Source: Octopus vulgaris (taxonomy: Eukaryota). From it: a stretch of 64,000 nucleotides of DNA. Numbering within the stretch: the first letter of the stretch is position 1; each line of letters begins with the position of its first letter. This document shows positions 13,718 through 27,648 of this stretch, in pieces. Position numbers and translations under genes: made by a program. Under the pieces are notes generated by a model. The model saw only the letters and a list, made by a program, of their open reading frames with translations, did not search any database and was not told the DNA's origin. Location of the stretch: the NCBI GenBank assembly GCA_951406725.2, contig OX597832.1:25172001-25236000 (forward strand), written 5' to 3'.

Positions 13718-13927
13718 TTGTGTCTGTGTTTGTCCCCCAAACATCGACTGACAACCGATGCTGGTGTGTTTACGTACCCGTATAGTAGCGGTTCGGCATA
13801 AGAGACCGATAGAATAAGTACTAAGCTTACAAAGAATAAGTCTTGGGGGTTGATTTGCTCGACTGAAGGCAGTGCTCCAGCATGGCCGCAATCAAATGAC
13901 TGAAGCAAGTAAAAGACTAAAAGAGTA
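13683..13927 (+). mobile_element. SINE family A, 3' half
   Basis: Similarity to 13125-13341. Confidence 0.85.
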
Positions 13928-13939
13928 ATCTGTAACGGG

Positions 13940-14980
13940 TTCGATCCGTTCAACTCAGTGTTTGTATTTTACAGAAAATTATTAATCTTTTATGGGAGGC
14001 AACTCTTGAACGCTTTTAATGAGAGTTATTTCCCTTGAAAGATTTACCGTTTCTTCTGAATGAATATAGAGGGGGTTAAAAGTTGGTATTACAGGTTGTT
14101 TAACGTAAATGAAATGTTCCTTTGGTTTCTTTATTTCTGTTTTAAGATAAGAATTCTGTGATCCTATGTTCTCTTTAACTAGTTTTTTTTCTACTAAAGT
14201 AATTATTCTTATATGAAAAGAACATTCCACTCAAGTTAAACGACTGTATACGTATTTCTTTACTACCCACAAGGAGCTAAACACAGAGAGGACAAACAAG
14301 GACAGACACACGGATTAAGTCGATTATATCGACCCCCAGTGCGTAACTGGTACTTATTTAATCGACCCCGAAAGGATGAAAGGCAAAGTCAATCTCGTCG
14401 GAATTTGAACTCAGGACGTAACGGCAGACGAAATACCTATTTCTTTACTACCCACAAGGGGCTAAACACAGAGAGGACAAACAAGGACAGACAAATGGAT
14501 TAAGTCGATTACATCGACCCCAGTGTGTCACTGGTACTTAATTTATCGACCCCGAAAGGATGAAAGGCAAAGTCAATCTCGGCGGAATTTGAACTCAGGA
14601 CGTAACGGCAGACGAAATACCTATTTCTTTACTACCCACAAGGGGCTAAACACAGAGAGGACAAACAAGGACAGACACACGGATTAAGTCGATTATATCG
14701 ACCCCAGTGCGTAACTGGTACTTATTTAATCGACCTCGAAAGGATGAAAGGCAAAGTCAACCTCGGCGGAATTTGAACTCAGAACGTAACGGCAGACGCA
14801 ATACTGCTACGCATTTCGTCCGGCGTGCTAACGATTCTGCCAGCTCGCCGCCGTAAACGACTGTATACCTATCTTTATATCTTTATCCACGCTTCTCTGC
14901 ATTTTTTGTCGTCCTCGGGAACGAATATGGAACATTGGACGTTTAAGAGAGAAGGACCTATGACAATCGGACAGACAGAC
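13940..14980 (-). pseudogene. Possible decayed Penelope-like retroelement ORF fragment, split by the SINE trimer
   Basis: Minus-strand peptides NVPYS.P.R (near 14930) and PVIPTFNP...LIKS.QELPPIK (ORF 13982-14230) resemble the PLE RT-to-GIY-YIG linker motifs (NIPYS, TYNP, RQPPNLK); heavily degraded. Confidence 0.35.
14252..14853 (-). mobile_element. SINE family B (tRNA-like head plus Meta/MESC-like GCCTTTCATCCTTTCGGGGTCGATAAA domain) as a head-to-tail trimer with a 15-bp TSD
   Basis: Period ~184 bp; TAAACGACTGTATAC at 14237-14251 and 14854-14868. Confidence 0.9.
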
Positions 14981-15060
14981 GATCAGGCAGACAAACAGGC
15001 AGGTTTGGTGATACAAAGAGGGAAAATTTAACCGCCAAATATGAACATTATATGTATTTC

Positions 15061-15277
15061 TTTTTTTTTTTTACTTGTTTCAGTCATTTGACTGCGGCCA
15101 TGCTGGAGCACCGCCTTTAGTCGAGCAAATCGACCCCGGGACTTATTCTTTGTAAGCCCAGTACTTATTCTATCGGTCTCTTTCTGCCGAACCGCTAAGT
15201 GACGGGGACGTAAACACACCAGCATCGGTTGTCAAGCGATGTTGGGGGGGGGGACAAGCACAGACACACAAATATAT

Positions 15278-15360
<83 letters not shown>

Positions 15361-15527
15361 TATGACAGACTTCTTTCAGTTTTCCGTCTACCAAATCCAC
15401 TCACAAGGCATTGGTCGGCCCGGGGGCTATAGTAGAAGACACATGCCCAAGATGCCACGCAGTGGGACAGAACCCGGAACCGTGTGGTTGGTAAACAAGC
15501 TACTTACCACACAGCCACTCCTGCGCC
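15061..15527 (-). mobile_element. SINE family A, full length
   Basis: Reverse complement of 12945-13341. Confidence 0.9.
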
Positions 15528-15871
15528 TCAGATATAGATAGATATATATTATCAATCGGTAGAGGTTACAGAGTTACTCAAGGGCCGAGAGCTTCGTGTA
15601 TTATCACTCTGTAAATTTTGTCTATTAATAATAACAAAAGATCGTGAGATAGACAGACAGACAGGCAGACAGAAAGAGAGAGATGGAGAGAGAGAGAAAG
15701 AGAGTGTGTGTGTGTGTGTGTGAGAGAGAGAGTGTATGTGTGTGTGAGAGAGAGATAGAGAGAGACAGTGTGTGTGTGTGAGAGAGAGAGAGTGTGTGTG
15801 TGTGTGTGAGAAAGAGAGAGAGAGTGTATGTGTTTGTGAGAGAGAGAGTGTGTGTGAGAGAGAGACAATGC

Positions 15872-15905
<34 letters not shown>

Positions 15906-16320
15906 CGTATATTGAAGAAAGATAAATGTCTAATTTACTTTTAAAAATTTTTATTCGTAAAAGTGAATACAATAAATAAATTATGTTAATGAGGTGCGCA
16001 TTTTGCACGGAGCAATGCGTGCATCTATGCGTGTATACATGTGTGTATGTGCATATACTTGTGTATATGTGCGTTTGTGTGTGTGTGTATGATTATACAT
16101 GGATTGGACGTGGATGCGTATATTTATATCGATTTACTATATACAAATATTTACATATATTACAATATCTACATATGTATATATATATATTACAATAATT
16201 ACACAAACAAAACAATTTATATAATGAATAATAGCAAACGAAACATGCACATTATACAGATATATACACCCATCCACAATGTGTGTGTGGGGCTGTTATT
16301 TAGACTCAATAACGACTGGT

Positions 16321-17038
16321 TCATTGACGGCGGCGTCTGTTCGATTTTAACCTGCGATGTTTTCCTTTTTTGCTTTTATTGGTCCCTTTTCGATTTTTCA
16401 AGAAATGGCGATTTCGCCCGCTCTTCGGGGTCTTCACTCTTTCCTTTATCTTCTTTCCTTTTATTTCTTCTTCTTCTTCTTCTTCTTCTTCTTCTTCACT
16501 CATTCTTTTCTTTTCTTTCTTTTCTCTCTTCGTTTTCATTTTTTCCACTTCCGTTTCCGGTTTCTCATTTTTATCAGTATTAACATCAGCAAAATCATCA
16601 CTGACATCATCACCACCAGCACCATCATCGTCATAGTTGTAGATGCTATCAACGCCGCCCTCATCACCATCATCATCACCATCACCATCATCATCATATT
16701 CTCCACGACGTCCTCGAAGTTTCCTCGCTTTACCTCTGCTCTTAATTCCCGTGGTTCTTCCATCATAGAACTTTTCTAAACTTCTGAATCCATTTGCGAC
16801 TCTCCTGTTCCGTTCATCGGTGGTGGTCTTGCCGTCAATGCCAGAATTAAACCTTTCACTAACGCCATCAGCGTAGCCGCCATTTTCGATATCACTTGAG
16901 AATTTATCTCTTCTTTGAAGACGACTGGCTTTTTGGGGCGTTTTCCGTTGTTTTAACACTTTGCCTTTTCGCCCTCGACGTTTTTTGCTTTGACTTTGTT
17001 CTGTTGGTCCCACGGTGGTAGTTGGAGTCCCTCGTTCA
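16321..17038 (-). CDS. Coding exon 11 (terminal): K/R-rich, D/G-rich and poly-E low-complexity tail, stop at 16321-16323
   Basis: Long polypyrimidine tract and ccttccag| acceptor, phase 2; lies within ORF 16321..17112. Confidence 0.8.
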
Positions 17039-19403
17039 CTGGAAGGAGAAAGAAAAGTAAAAGAAAACGTTAGTTGAGGTCTATATTTATGCAAAGCATT
17101 CTCTCTAAGCAACTGTTAAGAGTGTCACAACCAACAACACCGACATCCATTGGTAACAGCAACAAGAATTAGAACAACATCACTTACTAACAACAACAAC
17201 AGCAACAACAACAACAACAACACTACCAACTCACTCCTGAGTGAAAATGGCTTCAAATTTTGGCACAAGGCCAGCAATTTCGGGGAAAGGCGTAAATCGA
17301 TTACATCGACCCCAGTACTCATCTGGTTCTTATTTCATCGATCTCGAATGGATGAAAGGCAAGGTCGACGACGGCGGAATTTGAACTCAGAACATAAAGA
17401 CAAACGAAATGCCACTAAGCATTTCGTCCAGAACGCTAACGATTCTTATTTCTTTATTGCCCACAAGGGGCTAAACATAGAGGGGACAAACAAGGACAGA
17501 CAAAAGAATTAAGTCGATTACATCGACTCCAGTGCGTAACTGGTACTTAATTTATCGACCACGAAAGGATGAAAGGCAAAATCGACCTCGGCGGAATTTG
17601 ATCTCAGAACGTAACGGCAGACGAAATACCACTCAGTATTTTGCCCGGCTCGCCGCCTTAGTAAGAATAACAATCCTTTCTACTAAACGCACAAAGCCGG
17701 AAATTTTGGGGAAGAGGACTTGTCGATTACATCGACCCCAGTGTTTCACCGGTACTTCTTTCATCAATCCCGAAAGAATGAAAGACAAAGTCGACCTCGG
17801 TGGAATTTGAACTCAGAACGTGCAGACAGATGACGGATGAAATACCGTTAAGCATTTTGTCCAACGCGCTAACAGTTCTGCCAGCTCGCTGCCTCCTGAG
17901 TAATAATGATTCCTGGTCACAAGACTTTTAAGACGAGGGTTTATTTGATGCCATTATCCTAACGATTCTGCCAGTTCACCGACTTCGTGACGTCACAGGT
18001 AAAATTTCCTATTATCACTTGGTACATCTTTTGTCCGTTGCCCGCTGTATCGGGATAAAGAAAGGGCTAAAAAAACATTTTTAAATGAAGGGTAAAAGTG
18101 TAAAGATCCCCTTCGGTCATGAATGACCATGGGATTACAAGTAGAAAGTTCCCTCCCGAGGCACAAATCTGAGCAAGATTGTTTATGGAAGACCAGCAGT
18201 CACCCATGCAAACCAGACTCCACTCTCCACACCACTGCAGGGAAAGGCAAAGGGGCCGATACAGTTTGGCACCAGTAACGTCACAACTCATTTCTACAGC
18301 TGAGTGAACTGGAGCAACGTGAAATGAAGTGTCTTGCTCAAGAACAAAACACACAGCTTGGTGTAGGAATTGAACTCACTACCTCATGATTGTGAGACCG
18401 ACGCTCTAACCACTAACTCCAACACACACACACACACACACATCACCACCACCACCACCAGCACTACCACCAAAATACCAACATAATTAATTGTACGAAA
18501 TTAATAAAAATAAATTAATGAATATAAAAGAAGAATTCCTACCTGTTTGCTGATTGGATGCAGCAGTTAAGAAAGGCCTTCGAACACGCTGATTGGTCCC
18601 TCTGAAAATTCGCATCTTGGTATTGGGTGCGCACAATATTACAGAATTTACGTAGGGTCACCCTTGAACCAAATGTGGGTAAACGTTGACCGACTCGAAG
18701 TCCTTCAGTGCAACAGAAACTGGCATCTTGAGAGCCTGTAAAATATGCCAACCCCGAAAGGGAACATGCGTTAGTTGATCTTTATCGAAGAGAGGGGTCA
18801 TGTGCAATTAGCGTTATTATAGATGTAATTGTAATAATAATTAATTAGCATTCAGTTTTATTATTATCGTTATTTTATATATACCATTGCTAAGATGAAA
18901 TACAAGTACATATATTATTATTACTACAAATTAAAAAAAGTCTAACGAAAAATAAATATGTATGTATTTAAGTATGTGTGTCTGTATGTATGTATGCATG
19001 TATGTCTGTATGTATGTATGCATGCGTGTATGTATGTATGCATGCATACATATATGCATACATACCTATACATCTATTACATAGATTTGTATGCGTGTGT
19101 GTATGTGCTTGAACATGCTTGCTCGATCAGAGGTATACATTACGTATATGGCCGTGTGTACGTGTGTGTGTAAGTGTGTGTGTATGTCTATGTATGTTTC
19201 ACTATGTACATTTGTGCGTTTGTGTATGGTTGTGTGTGTGTGCGTGTACTTTAACACTACCACGAAAGAAACATACATTACAAAATAACTGTTTACATCT
19301 AAACAAACAATGAACATGAATAATATAAACAAAACAAATACGTATATATATACAAATATATATATATATATAAGCAGATGAATATATGTATATATATATA
19401 TAC

Positions 19404-19439
<36 letters not shown>

Positions 19440-20721
19440 TCATTTATATATACATATATATATGTATGTATATTCATATATATATATGAATTCATATATA
19501 CACTACATACATATTCGTATATAAATGAATGACAGGCCAACAAAATAATTACATAGCAAAATATATATTTTCTTTTTTTTTATGTTAAACCGGGGTACAC
19601 CGTACCTTTCAATCTTTTAGAAACCAGTGGAACAAGATGGTGGTCATCTTTCAGATTGGCGTTATTTTTCCCACCCGTATAACGATCCGTGTCTTTAACC
19701 TGGTTTCGCACATCGTCCCTTGACCGACCCGGGGTGAACACAGCTGGATCGCGACTAGAATGCTTCAGTTTCGGTTCCCCGTTTTCGTACATCAGTAAAA
19801 GTTTGTTTTCCTTTCGGCCACTCAGACTTAAATCTCTGGCCTAAATGCAAGATATGCACATTTTTTTGTTTTTTGTTCGTTTCTATTTTGTGTTTTTTTT
19901 TTTGTCTTTTGTCAAGACACACAAAATACATTTAAATAAACAATATCAACAAGAACAACAGCAAGAATAAGAATGCAATATAGTCAACAACCAACAACAA
20001 AATAATAGCTATAAACACATTAGTTAAATAACAATGCTCAGTTATAGCTCGTATATAAATATACATGCATATATATATATATAATCTTTACAGATATAGT
20101 GTGAAAAATTATTAATTTAATAAAATCAACAAATTTCACCTAGTAGTTTTTCGGTATGGAAAAGAACCATATTCGGTAAAAACTTACACAAAAAGTTTTT
20201 TTTTATATATATATAATTATAACAATAGGGGTTTAGCAACAAGTTGCTTGACCACATACCGAAAATTATAGAAATAGCAGCCAAAAGACTGCTATTTCTT
20301 TTCTCTACAAAAATATGTCTCCAAAATTATTGTTATAATTATATATATATATATATATATATATGAAAAGGTTTTGTCTCGGCATATATTATTATTTTTC
20401 TTTCGTTGATATAAATATATTTTATTTTGTTGATGTTTGATGAAGAAATTAGCAACAAAAATCAAACACACGTTCATAAATGCATAGATACGCAAACGCA
20501 CACACACACGTGCATATATACATATACACATATATGCATACACACACACACTGACAATTTTTTTTTTCATTCTCTCTCTGTTTATTTTCTCTTATTCCTA
20601 TCTCTTCATTGAAGAGCGTAGGCTTGAAACGTAAAAGACTTTTTCATTTTCGCCAGCGTCAAACTAATACACATGCCTTTTGTTCCTACACCTGTCTTCG
20701 TCTTTTGTTTTCTGTAAATTT

Positions 20722-20767
<46 letters not shown>

Positions 20768-22768
20768 AGCAAGCATACATACATACATCACGATAACCCA
20801 AAATCATTTGTGTAGGTCTTTCAGCAAGAAATAGAAGAACCGTCTTTATCGGACTACGAAAAGACTACCACCATATGTGTGTGTATGTGTGATGTCTTAT
20901 TTATCTATGTAAATGTACACGTGTATGCGAATGTGTTTATGTATGTGTGTTTCTGTGTAGATGCAGGTATCTGTATGCGTGTAAAACATTTGGTTGTTCG
21001 CTAAAAACTCACTAATAATTATAACCACATTAATCCCTCGTAACATCGCGGTTTATTTTTTAAGCTTTCGTTGATTCCTCTGTGGTGTTGTTTTGTATTT
21101 ATAATAAAATAAATATATACACACGATAAAAATTAATAAAAGGAATATACAGTACTGTTCCTACTTCGCGGATTTTCACCTATCGCGGGCGGGGTGGTGG
21201 TTAGAACGTAGCAGCCGCGATAGTCGAGGGATTACAGCGTGATATATATATGGCCTTCCAGTGGTCAATAGCAAATTTATATCGGTACAAATTATATCTC
21301 ATAACACCCAGTATATCATTATTTTTTCTTAATATAAGACAATCTAAAATCCTTTTTGTTATAGAGACAAGGGCTGAGATTTTGAAGAGAGGCCGATGCC
21401 TTGTCAGTTACATAGATCCCCTCCCCCACCACCAGTGTTAAACTGGTGCTTATCTTATCAACCACGAAAGGCAAAGTCGACCTCGCCGGAATTTGAACTC
21501 AGAACGAAACGAAGCATTTTATCCGACGTGCTAACGGTCCAACCACCCCACCGCCTCAAAGCAGTCTAAAATCAAAATCAATTAAAATTTAATTTACATG
21601 TATCTTATTATACAATTATTGATTAATTTGTTAATTTGTAATATTTTGCTAAATTGTGTTGTTGCGTAATAGAATTAAAAGGAAATTTATATTCGCTGCC
21701 AATAAATTATGCAGACCGATTTCTCAATTTCTGTAATGAAACGTTGCACATCCCTAGAATACGGCACCACAATCCGTCTGAAATTGGTTGCCATTGATTA
21801 GCATTATGGTTTTCTTATTGTTTATAATTAGCGGATGAACGATTATTTAGAATTGATATCTAGTATTGATCACTAGATGTAAGTATTGATTGCTAAGACA
21901 TGCACAAAGGCCACGTGATTTGGTGGGGTGGGGGTGGGGTGGGGAATACAGTCGACTGAAATATAGTATGGGTGAATGGTTAAGAATCCCGATTCGCAAT
22001 CATGAGGTTCCGGATTCGATCCTACTGCATGACATCTTGCGTAGATATCTTTATTAGAGCCTCGGGTGGACATAAGTAACGTATGGAATGTTTTCATGAT
22101 TGTAATATCCAGTCTTGCCATATATTTATTCCACTTTGATTCTGCGATAAAATTACGTTAATTACGAGTTCGAAGGAGACTCAGTCATTTATCTGCTGAT
22201 TCAGTGAGCAGGGAATTCTTTTCATGAAACAACAGAATATTCATCTTCGAAATTGACGGAGATCCAGTCAACATTTTTTTTTTTATTGTACTAACCGCAT
22301 CCACTTTCCAAATTTATTTGCGAAGCTGGCAGCTACTATCAACTCCATTTGTTTTTAAAGCAATTAGCAGCATAATTATTTTCATGACTTTTTAAATTAC
22401 TAACGGAAACAGTCGAACAGCTAAGTAATTCTGAGAAATTGTGTATATGAATTCAGTTGCATAATAAAACTTGAATCCACAGGTTCGAAAACCGAAAATG
22501 TAGATTGGATATAATAAGCTAAATCTTAATATAAACTTTATAGGTATACCGCTAATAATATTTTTTTTAATGCTCAGTTACTCAGTGCAAATATATATCT
22601 ATGTATATATGTTGCAATAAAGGTAGGATTATGTCGGTCTTTGATCTAATTTATTGAGCATGCTTTCTCATATTGCCCTAATAAAAAATCCTTAATAAAT
22701 AAATATTCAAACACGAACACAGCACTGTCATGCCTTTAAAATAACATCATTGAAGGAGTCTTTTCTCC

Positions 22769-22807
<39 letters not shown>

Positions 22808-22820
22808 GTCCACCTGTCTG

Positions 22821-22855
<35 letters not shown>

Positions 22856-23451
22856 GTCTGTCTGTCTGTCTGTCTATATATACACGTGTGTGTGATTGTG
22901 CGTGTGTCTGTGGACACAAAAAAAGCACTCACCTTATTAGCTGCTGTCATACACACACAAACACGCGCACATACACAAATCTGTGCTATTTGAAACCGAA
23001 AATACACACACACACATAATGCATACATAAAAGAAGAAACGCATACACCAATTCTTAACCATACAGTAATACACCATCACACATGCACACACCTGCATAC
23101 AAAACGCTTTTTTCTTCATTCACAAATATATACTCAAACGCACACACAACAACATCAACATAAATACACGCGCAGGCATAAATGACTTAGGGGTTAACAC
23201 GATCAACAAATACTTACATTGGCCAACGGGTTGGTTTGGTAATATTCTAAGTCAACCAATGGATGGGTTTCGTCGAAAAACGCGATGTGATCGGGACTGT
23301 GAGAGCTTCGTTCTGAGGAGTTTTTCGCAAAGCATTCGTAACGGCTCTCAGCTAAAAGAAACGTATACAAAAGCAAAATTATATATATATATAAATTTGT
23401 GTGTGTGTGTGTCTGTATGTGTGTGTGCGTGTGTGTATGTGTATGTGTGTA

Positions 23452-23482
<31 letters not shown>

Positions 23483-23561
23483 ATGTGTGTGTATGTGTGT
23501 GTGCGTGTGTGTTGTGTGAGTGAGTGTGTGCATGTATGTATAAATATATATGTGTATGTAG

Positions 23562-23592
<31 letters not shown>

Positions 23593-23744
23593 GAGTATGT
23601 GTGTATATATATATATATATACATAAGTATATATGTATAGATATATATGTATATATATATATGTGTGTATTCATTAAAATTAACTTGTTTTTGTAGCCGG
23701 AGCTACGTATGTATATATGTGTGTGTGTGTGTATGTGTATGTAT

Positions 23745-23776
<32 letters not shown>

Positions 23777-26346
23777 GTATGTATATGTGCATGTATATAT
23801 ATATTTGTATGTATGTATATATGAACATACAAATATGTGTGTGTGTACGTATGTATATAAATGTATTTCTGATAACAGCCATCATTTGAAATATCCCTCC
23901 CCACACTCCACCTGTCACCTATGCTTTTTTTCTTGACACCAATTGATATACCCATGTCTACACAGAACACTCACTACAACAATAACATCAGCCGGCAGAA
24001 CCTTAGAACAATAGAATCCTTTTCTATTCCAACACCACCTACCAAGACATAGCAACCAAACTGCCTCTAACATACGTTCTTCCAAGTTAGGAATAGAGAC
24101 ATTCTACAATGCTCTTTTGTCGTCGATATAGATAAAAAGAAAACAGACGGTACGGCCATTGTTAAAATCCTTCAGATCATAGGTCTGCAGGGGCTAATGG
24201 AGTTTTGCACCTCTCCTTAAAAAATGCATTATTTTGAAAATTTTTTTCGGGTCCCTACGTTTTAGATGTCGGAGATTACGAATATGCAAAAACAAAATTA
24301 TCCCCCCTCGTTCCCCTCCCCCTCCCCTATTTAAAATTTTAATTTTTTTTCGAAATTTTTCTTTCTCCTATGTTTTAGATGCCAGAGATCCCAGATATGC
24401 AAGAAACCGCGTTTTTAAAATTTTAAATTCAATAAGTATATAGATATGTGTATAAAGAGATAAATAGATATGAAGGTCTTCCTGGGGCTAAAAACAACAG
24501 TAATACCGTCTTCTATGGGACCGCCACATTTAGTTGACAAATATATTTTATGAATAAATGGACAGGAATAAATAGACAGACAGATAAATACATAGATGAA
24601 TGAAAAAGTCCAAAATTTAAAATTGGGGCAGGGCTGAAATTTGAGCCACTTATTAAACTTAATAACATTAATTACAAAACATTAATGTTTGTTTCTCATA
24701 AAATGGTGAATATTTAATTTACATTAAATTATTACTTACGATTATCTAAGGCAAACACAAGTAAGTTCTTTTCACTTCAATTTCGTTTTTGGATTTGGTT
24801 TGCAAGATTCTTCATATGAGTTCGTGTGTTGAAGCATATTCTGTTGTGTCTGGGGAGAGTAATTTTCCTTTTGTGCCTTATAATGTAACACACTCACCGG
24901 TAAAATTTCCACTTATTTTTATTTTCCTAAAATTTTCGTTGCGTCTTGCAACCTTTTCAATAGTCTTACTTGGGAGTCAAGATTACTGAAAAGGTTGTAA
25001 GATGCAACGAAAATTTTAGGAAAATAAAATTAAGAAAAAAGTGGAAATTTTACCGGTGAGTGTGTTACATTATAAGGCACGTAAAGAAAATGACTCTTCC
25101 CAAACACAGTAGAATTTCATTTTAATGTTTTTGTCTGTATTTAATTACGATTTGCAATATGTTCGTCAATTCGTTACGATCTCTTTAAAGTGAAGATGTA
25201 GGGCAGGATGAAATTTAAAAAAAAAAGATGTTTGCATATTCGTAATCTCCAACATCTAAAACGTAGGAATCCCCCCCCCCAATTTTTTTAATGCATTTTT
25301 CTTGTTGAGATGCAAAACTGCACTCGCCCCGGTTTGCTCAGTCACAGCTGATTAGGTCTGCTGAGCAATTATGTTGAATTTGTGTGTTAGAGGGCCTTAT
25401 GATATTACTAAGGTTGCGATTGTTCAGCCGTCGAAATCGCAGTTAAATCTTTCTCAAATCGCATAGTACTGTCTTAAATAAAATGGGATCTATTAGCCAA
25501 TATAGTTCCTGCTATACAAAAGGGCGGGAGGGCCAAAGCTGGAATGTCTTTTGATCAGAGGTTTTCTGAATTAGAGCTCACCTGGGGTTTAGCGATAACT
25601 TCAACAACAACAGAAAGTGAGCTGGCAGAATCGTTAGCACGCCGGGCGAAATGCTTAGCGGTATTTCGTCTGCTGTTACGTTCTGAGTTCAAATTCCGCC
25701 GAGGTCGACTTTGCCTTTCCTCCTTTCGGATTCGATAAATTAAGTACCAGTTACTACCTAGGGTAGATGTAATCAACTTAATCCTTTTGTTCTTGTTTGT
25801 CCCCTCTATGTTTAGCCCCTTGTGGGCAATAAAGAAATAAGAAACAATATTTAAAAACTTTCTTTAAGATTCTATACTTGACAGCCTCAAAAGTAGCTTC
25901 TTACCAAGTTCATAGCAGCACGTTTCTTGTCGGGTACTCATCCAGGATTCACGATGTTTGGCGTATGGTACGGCCGGGTACCCATCACCACACAACTGGT
26001 CAATCCTGTTTCTACGGATATCCTCAAAACATTCTTGACGATTGAAAGTGTCCTGTGGTTGGCATTGGTAAAAAAGACATTTTTAAGAGAGAGGGAGAGT
26101 GAGAGAGAAAGGGGTAACAGAGAGAGAGAAAGAGAGAGAAAGAAAGAGGGAGTGTGTGAGAGAAAGGGAGAGAGAGAGAGCGAGAGAGGGAAGACAGGGC
26201 GGAGAGCAAGTAGAAGAGGGATGGGAAGAGTGTTAAAGAACTCTGAATGTCCGATACCAAGCGAGACAATTCGCTTCGAATGACCAAGGATGGTAGATAC
26301 CGATATTTCGCCATTATTGTGATACGCGGTGTTCTTTAACACTCGA

Positions 26347-26384
<38 letters not shown>

Positions 26385-27604
26385 AGAGATAGAGAGATAG
26401 ATAGATAGACAGACAGACGGGTAGCAGACAGATAGGCAGAGATAGATAGCTTTTACAAGATGTATATATATATATATTTGTATGTATGTATTAATGCACA
26501 TATACACACATACACACGCGCAAAGAAAGAAAAGAAGAAAAGTAGCAAGAGAGGGATAGAATGAGAGATTGGGCGAGAGAGAGAGAGAAAGAGAGAGAAA
26601 ACGAGAGAGAGAGTCGGGGAGAAAGAGGGAGAGAGAGAAAAAGAGAGAGAGAGTCGGGGAGAAAGGGACAGATTTTAGGTATTCTATGAATGCAAAATTG
26701 CACGTTTAATGTGTTTCAATGTGTGTTTGTATGTACGTGTGTATATATACGTGTGTGTGGAGAGGGAGATAGAGAGAGAGAGAGAGAAAGGAAAAGAGAA
26801 AGACAGAGGAAGAGAGAGAATGGATAGAACCAATGTCTTACCGTAATCCCACAGCACGTTTGCACTTCGATTCTACGCTCTTCAAGTGCCAACTGTAGAA
26901 TATCCCACCGTGGGTCGGATTTCTCGAGATCATTCAATTGGCGTGGTTCCAAGAAATTCACCGGAAACGAATCGCTCGTTCTTTCTTCTTCGACATGATG
27001 GCAAAGCTGCGAGAGAGATTCCTGCTTCTGCAAAGAGACGGAAATGGATAAGCATCGTATATGTATTCATGTGTGTCCGTGCAAATAGAAACATACGTAA
27101 TTTAGTAGACGGAAACTGTGTGGAATCCCGTCGTAGTTAGATATATGTATGCATGTGTGTGTGCGTGTGTGCATGTGTGTGTTTAAATAAAAGGGTTTTT
27201 TTATAGTGAGAATATTGTGAACCACTGCCCTAAAGTGCAGCATTATGCATTTGGGAAACCCTTGCTTAAACAACTGATTGTCTTCATCGAGAGTGGTGGG
27301 CAGCACTCATTGCTTTTGTGTACCTACTGGTGGAAAATTTGAACCAGATATTCTCTAAGCTGGTTGGTCATTACTATCTTATTATCTCAGTTATCAACCG
27401 CAGATTATTATTATTATTCTTTTTTTAACCACGAGGAAACCAAAATTATGTCTTACCATTTTGGTCACTTCCTCCTCAAAAGTCATCAATGGAATTTTGG
27501 CTGGCTTTCTTGATGTCATGTCTGAAATCGAAAGAAGGTATTTTGCGAAATTAAAATCGAAACTGCTTCTGATTTATGCACTAATTAATAATAATAATAA
27601 TAAC

Positions 27605-27648
<44 letters not shown>

